DNA of 64,000 bases from a virus. Taxonomy: Duplodnaviria; Caudoviricetes. The DNA is taken from positions 159,866 through 223,865 of the IMG/VR virus record IMGVR_UViG_3300029305_005724, one strand, 5' to 3'. Shown here one piece after another: positions 60,616-64,000 of this stretch. The notes below the pieces were generated by a model. The model saw only the letters and a list, made by a program, of their open reading frames with translations. It had not been told where the DNA came from and ran no database searches. How positions within the stretch are numbered: position 1 is the first letter of the stretch; each line of letters begins with the position of its first letter. Made by a program: the position numbers and the translations under genes.

Positions 60616-61266
60616 TTATGCTTCTTCTTTTTCTTTCTCAAGAAGTTCTGTCATCACATTGCTAGAAAAATGAGCTTTGATGGGACCATACTTGAATGTC
60701 TTGCCCATCTTATACATTGTTCCAGCATTTCTAAATCCGAAACATATGGGTGGTACATGTGTTACCAAATCCCCTTTATTTCTGATTACTTCATAATTCC
60801 TAAGGCGATATTTAACTTCTTTAGGTATGATACCCCATATAACTCTGGGTGCTTCAAAGCCATATCCTTTGACATTATATTCTTTTCCATATCGATATTC
60901 CATATCTTCTGTTGCCAAAAGAGATAGAGCTCCACCATGAGAATATCCTATGCAAGTAATATTCTTTATCTCATTCTCAGCATCCAAACCAAGAAGTCTT
61001 CCAACAGTAAACACGATAGCATCTTGCATGTCTTTCCATGCATTAAGGAATCCTCTATGGCATCTCCACTTAGGATGGCAATCTTTATAAGGAGTTGCTG
61101 GAAAATTAAAATTATCTATCCAGTCTTCTTTTTCATCAGATCCTTCAAAAAATATATAAATTGTATCTCCAATTAATTGAATGTCATAATCACTGGGCCC
61201 TTCTGGGTCGTAATCTGCATGTAAGCATCTATTAAACATTTCAGATCTAAGCATAATACTCACCAT
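60616..61266 (-). CDS. Class 3 lipase (alpha/beta hydrolase)
   Basis: HRGF, GYSHGG nucleophile elbow, FEAPRV, DLVTHVPP and a C-terminal H. Confidence 0.9.
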   Translation of the reverse strand: MVSIMLRSEMFNRCLHADYDPEGPSDYDIQLIGDTIYIFFEGSDEKEDWIDNFNFPATPYKDCHPKWRCHRGFLNAWKDMQDAIVFTVGRLLGLDAENEIKNITCIGYSHGGALSLLATEDMEYRYGKEYNVKGYGFEAPRVIWGIIPKEVKYRLRNYEVIRNKGDLVTHVPPICFGFRNAGTMYKMGKTFKYGPIKAHFSSNVMTELLEKEKEEA

Positions 61267-61670
61267 TCCTTTCCTGTTTTATTATAAAATTCTACATAAT
61301 AATATCCATCATCATTGACTTGTTTATCATGAACTTTGCCAAGTCTTTTATAAAGATTTATTGCTCCAGTATTCTTAGGATCTACATAGCAGTATATAAG
61401 GTCATAATTCTTTTTATAAGTTTTGATGATATGCTTTATAGTGGCCGTCCCTAATCCTTGGCCTCTCAACGAGGAATTAATTTCTAGACTTCCAATACCA
61501 ACTGCTTTAATATCTTCATAAAAAGAAAGTCCTACTTTACCAACTTTTTTATCATTATTCATTATATCATAAAAGCTTCCGCCTTTAGATTTTAATTCTA
61601 TATGTAATTTATCTTTTTCATCTATTTCAGATTCATTAATGAATCTTATTCTATCAAATAAGATGCCCAT
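61260..61670 (-). CDS. GNAT acetyltransferase
   Basis: RGQGLGT and N.GAINLYKRLG; late promoter at 61694-61705. Confidence 0.9.
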   Translation of the reverse strand: MGILFDRIRFINESEIDEKDKLHIELKSKGGSFYDIMNNDKKVGKVGLSFYEDIKAVGIGSLEINSSLRGQGLGTATIKHIIKTYKKNYDLIYCYVDPKNTGAINLYKRLGKVHDKQVNDDGYYYVEFYNKTGKEW

Positions 61671-61754
61671 ATTTACACCTCCTTAATTTTCTTTATTAAA
61701 AAGTTAAGAAGATGGAGAATGGTTCTCCATCTTCTATTGTAAAAATCTATAAAA

Positions 61755-62414
61755 TTAATCCTTTTTCTTATCATCTTTGGACTCTTTTGATGCTTCCTTT
61801 TCAAGAGCCTTTTCTAGCTTATCTGCCTGCTCTTCGAGTGATTTTTTCATCTTATCATCATTAATTTCAGATGCTTTATCTCTAAGCTGTTTAATAATGT
61901 CTTTAGCATCTTTCTTTGCTCTAGCGCCTTCAACTTTATCTACTAATAGGCGAAGAAGCTTAACGCAAATAAATGCGATAAGAAGCCTAAGAGCAGGTTT
62001 AAGTACAACAGCTATAAATGCAGCAGCAGGAATGCCTCCAAACATAATTGTAGCAATAGTGCCACCAGTGACAGCTCCAATTGTTCCTCCGGCTAATGCC
62101 GATCCTGCAAGATCAAGACAAATTTGAATTCCTCTTTTACAAGTATGAAGAAATCCTTCTCCTTTAGACCTAAGCTTAGAATCATCAAGCTCGTTTGCTT
62201 TAATAACATCTTTTAATGTTGAACGAAGTTCTTTTACTTTAGAATCTTCTCCGCCATATTTACCAAATATAAACTTTTCAAGTCCTTTAGGTTCTTCTAC
62301 AGCTCCTTCATACAGAACGTTGCCAGAAAGACCCATGTCATTTATGAAATCTTCTAGAAGATTATTATAAGTTTCATCATTTAAGAATCTTACATTTTCA
62401 AACATAATAGCCAT
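61755..62414 (-). CDS. Putative virion/ejected membrane-associated protein
   Basis: Late promoter at 62442-62453; LYEG site; Gly-rich hydrophobic hairpin. Confidence 0.55.
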   Translation of the reverse strand: MAIMFENVRFLNDETYNNLLEDFINDMGLSGNVLYEGAVEEPKGLEKFIFGKYGGEDSKVKELRSTLKDVIKANELDDSKLRSKGEGFLHTCKRGIQICLDLAGSALAGGTIGAVTGGTIATIMFGGIPAAAFIAVVLKPALRLLIAFICVKLLRLLVDKVEGARAKKDAKDIIKQLRDKASEINDDKMKKSLEEQADKLEKALEKEASKESKDDKKKD

Positions 62415-62573
62415 TTTAATAGCCTCCTTATAAATATTATTTATTAAAATGTTTCGGGGGGGGGGGTAAATGCCTTTAAAACAATACTTTTATCCTCGAA
62501 ATTACAAAAAAATGGTGGAGGATATACTATGATATCCTCCACCATATAATTTTATTAATATGTTGGAATAGAG

Positions 62574-64000
62574 TTATTTAACCTTTACATATGCATTCTC
62601 ATCATTAAGATTTGGATAACATGGACAGACTAATTGCTTATTACAATATAAATACTTAGCATTGTTAAACTGGCCGTGGAATCCGACTAATTCTGTTTGA
62701 ATAGCAGATTCAGTATAATTTGCCATTTTGTCTACATATCCAGAATCTGTAGTAGAAATCTCAATCATATATTTATCATAAATTAAATAATTTCCATAAA
62801 TTGAAGTTATTATTTTCCATTCTGGTATATCACCATCCACTGGATCTACCCCAACAGTAAACTCTTGACTTATACTGTCTGGAGTTAAAAAGACAACTGT
62901 ATTCATTCCTGGTTCATTTAGTATAATAAATGAATTCTCATTATTATCAATCATTGGTATTATAGTAGGATCTTCCATCATATGATCAGAACCATTAAGC
63001 ACTGAATAAAAAGAAATTCCTGTAGAATTTATAAGAAAACTATAGCCTTTGTCATCATCTTTGCTCCATATAAATAAAATCATATCATTTTCTGTTGTTA
63101 CAATACATCCTTTATTATATGAAGTAACTCCATCCCCATATTCTTGGCCTGTAATAGTATCTGAATTTATAATCGTGCTATCAGTCCATCTATTACCAAC
63201 TCCCGAATGAACATGAGCATGCATTGCTTCGAATGAATTAATTTCATTTTGTACAACATATGAAACTGCAAATTCACAGTTATTAGATATTTCATATAGT
63301 TCAAATTTAACATCAGGAGGAAGCGAATAGCCAGCACCTCCAAAGCTATATGTAAAACTTTTAGTGCTTAAATCTATTTTTATGAAAAATGTATGTAAAC
63401 CGCCATCTTCCGATTCTTGAAAATCTGGGCATTGAAACATACTATCATAATCACGGCGTATTAATAGAGCTAATGTATTATTATTGCATTTAACCGATTT
63501 AAGGTATATATCTTCTTGAATCCAAAATGTCCATAAATCTTCTGTATCTTTGTATTGTTCATACAATTCTTTGCTAAAATCTGAACGTCCTATAGATAAT
63601 ATTTTATGATCAACTATAGAATTATCATGATATTCTATAACTATATTTAATGACATTTCAAAAGTTGTTGCACTAACTTCTTTAGTATATATAAATCCAC
63701 TTCCAGATTGCTCTCCATTATCCCAGAAGAAGATATTATTATCATTTGTATATTCTTGCTGATCATACAAGTCCTTCATCGGTTGAGATAGCCTCTCATA
63801 ATTACTGCCGTATTTTATAAATTGATCTGTTTCTAGTGGATTTGTGCATAATTCACTATACTTTCCAGATACCACATTAGGATCTACCATCGATCCATCA
63901 CATTTTACCCAGTCATCATTCAATTCTCTCTGAGTAAATTTAATATCTCCGATTTTATCCCCGCTAGCAGCAGGGTTATTTCGGCTAATTATACTTTGTC
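62574..64000 (-). CDS. Tail fibre/collar-type protein (5'-truncated)
   Basis: Frame is open to the window edge; KIGDIKFT....DWVKCDG resembles the tail-collar motif. Confidence 0.55.
   Translation of the reverse strand, partial: QSIISRNNPAASGDKIGDIKFTQRELNDDWVKCDGSMVDPNVVSGKYSELCTNPLETDQFIKYGSNYERLSQPMKDLYDQQEYTNDNNIFFWDNGEQSGSGFIYTKEVSATTFEMSLNIVIEYHDNSIVDHKILSIGRSDFSKELYEQYKDTEDLWTFWIQEDIYLKSVKCNNNTLALLIRRDYDSMFQCPDFQESEDGGLHTFFIKIDLSTKSFTYSFGGAGYSLPPDVKFELYEISNNCEFAVSYVVQNEINSFEAMHAHVHSGVGNRWTDSTIINSDTITGQEYGDGVTSYNKGCIVTTENDMILFIWSKDDDKGYSFLINSTGISFYSVLNGSDHMMEDPTIIPMIDNNENSFIILNEPGMNTVVFLTPDSISQEFTVGVDPVDGDIPEWKIITSIYGNYLIYDKYMIEISTTDSGYVDKMANYTESAIQTELVGFHGQFNNAKYLYCNKQLVCPCYPNLNDENAYVKVK

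Noticed and set aside
62507-62564. Very short RNA from a late promoter directly followed by a terminator
   Set aside because: The hairpin is adequately explained as the terminator of the upstream gene, and the promoter match may be chance

Overview
This window looks like part of an AT-rich jumbo myophage of the AR9/PBS1 (phiKZ-related, two-RNA-polymerase) type. Strong GGAGG Shine-Dalgarno sites suggest a Firmicutes host. Positions 1-41 kb hold mostly late/virion genes: a giant tape-measure-like protein with C-terminal wall-hydrolase domains, baseplate/tail proteins, an array of inner-head-like proteins, a tail chaperone with a probable -1 frameshift, and an RNAP beta' N-terminal subunit. RusA, a PC4-like SSB, a FEN/PIN-like nuclease and a dCTP deaminase with a ~250-aa insertion are also here. 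Positions 41-58 kb hold early/accessory genes (paralog arrays, NADAR, HAD, HTH, primase) and the sigma-like subunit of the non-virion RNAP. Positions 58-64 kb hold late-promoter hydrolases and structural genes. Two group I introns interrupt RNAP-subunit genes. One (39904-40794) splits the catalytic DYDGD motif and carries a NUMOD4-HNH endonuclease in its P6 loop. The other (49752-50413), in the sigma-like gene, carries a complete CCA-ending tRNA-Leu(UAG) in the same loop instead of an endonuclease; this is the standout finding. AR9-like late (AAC[A/T]-N6-TA) and early (ATATA[A/T/C]TATA) promoter motifs recur, and a ~185-nt candidate sRNA with an anti-SD motif lies at 35365-35547. All family assignments come from motif recognition or recall, not from database searches.
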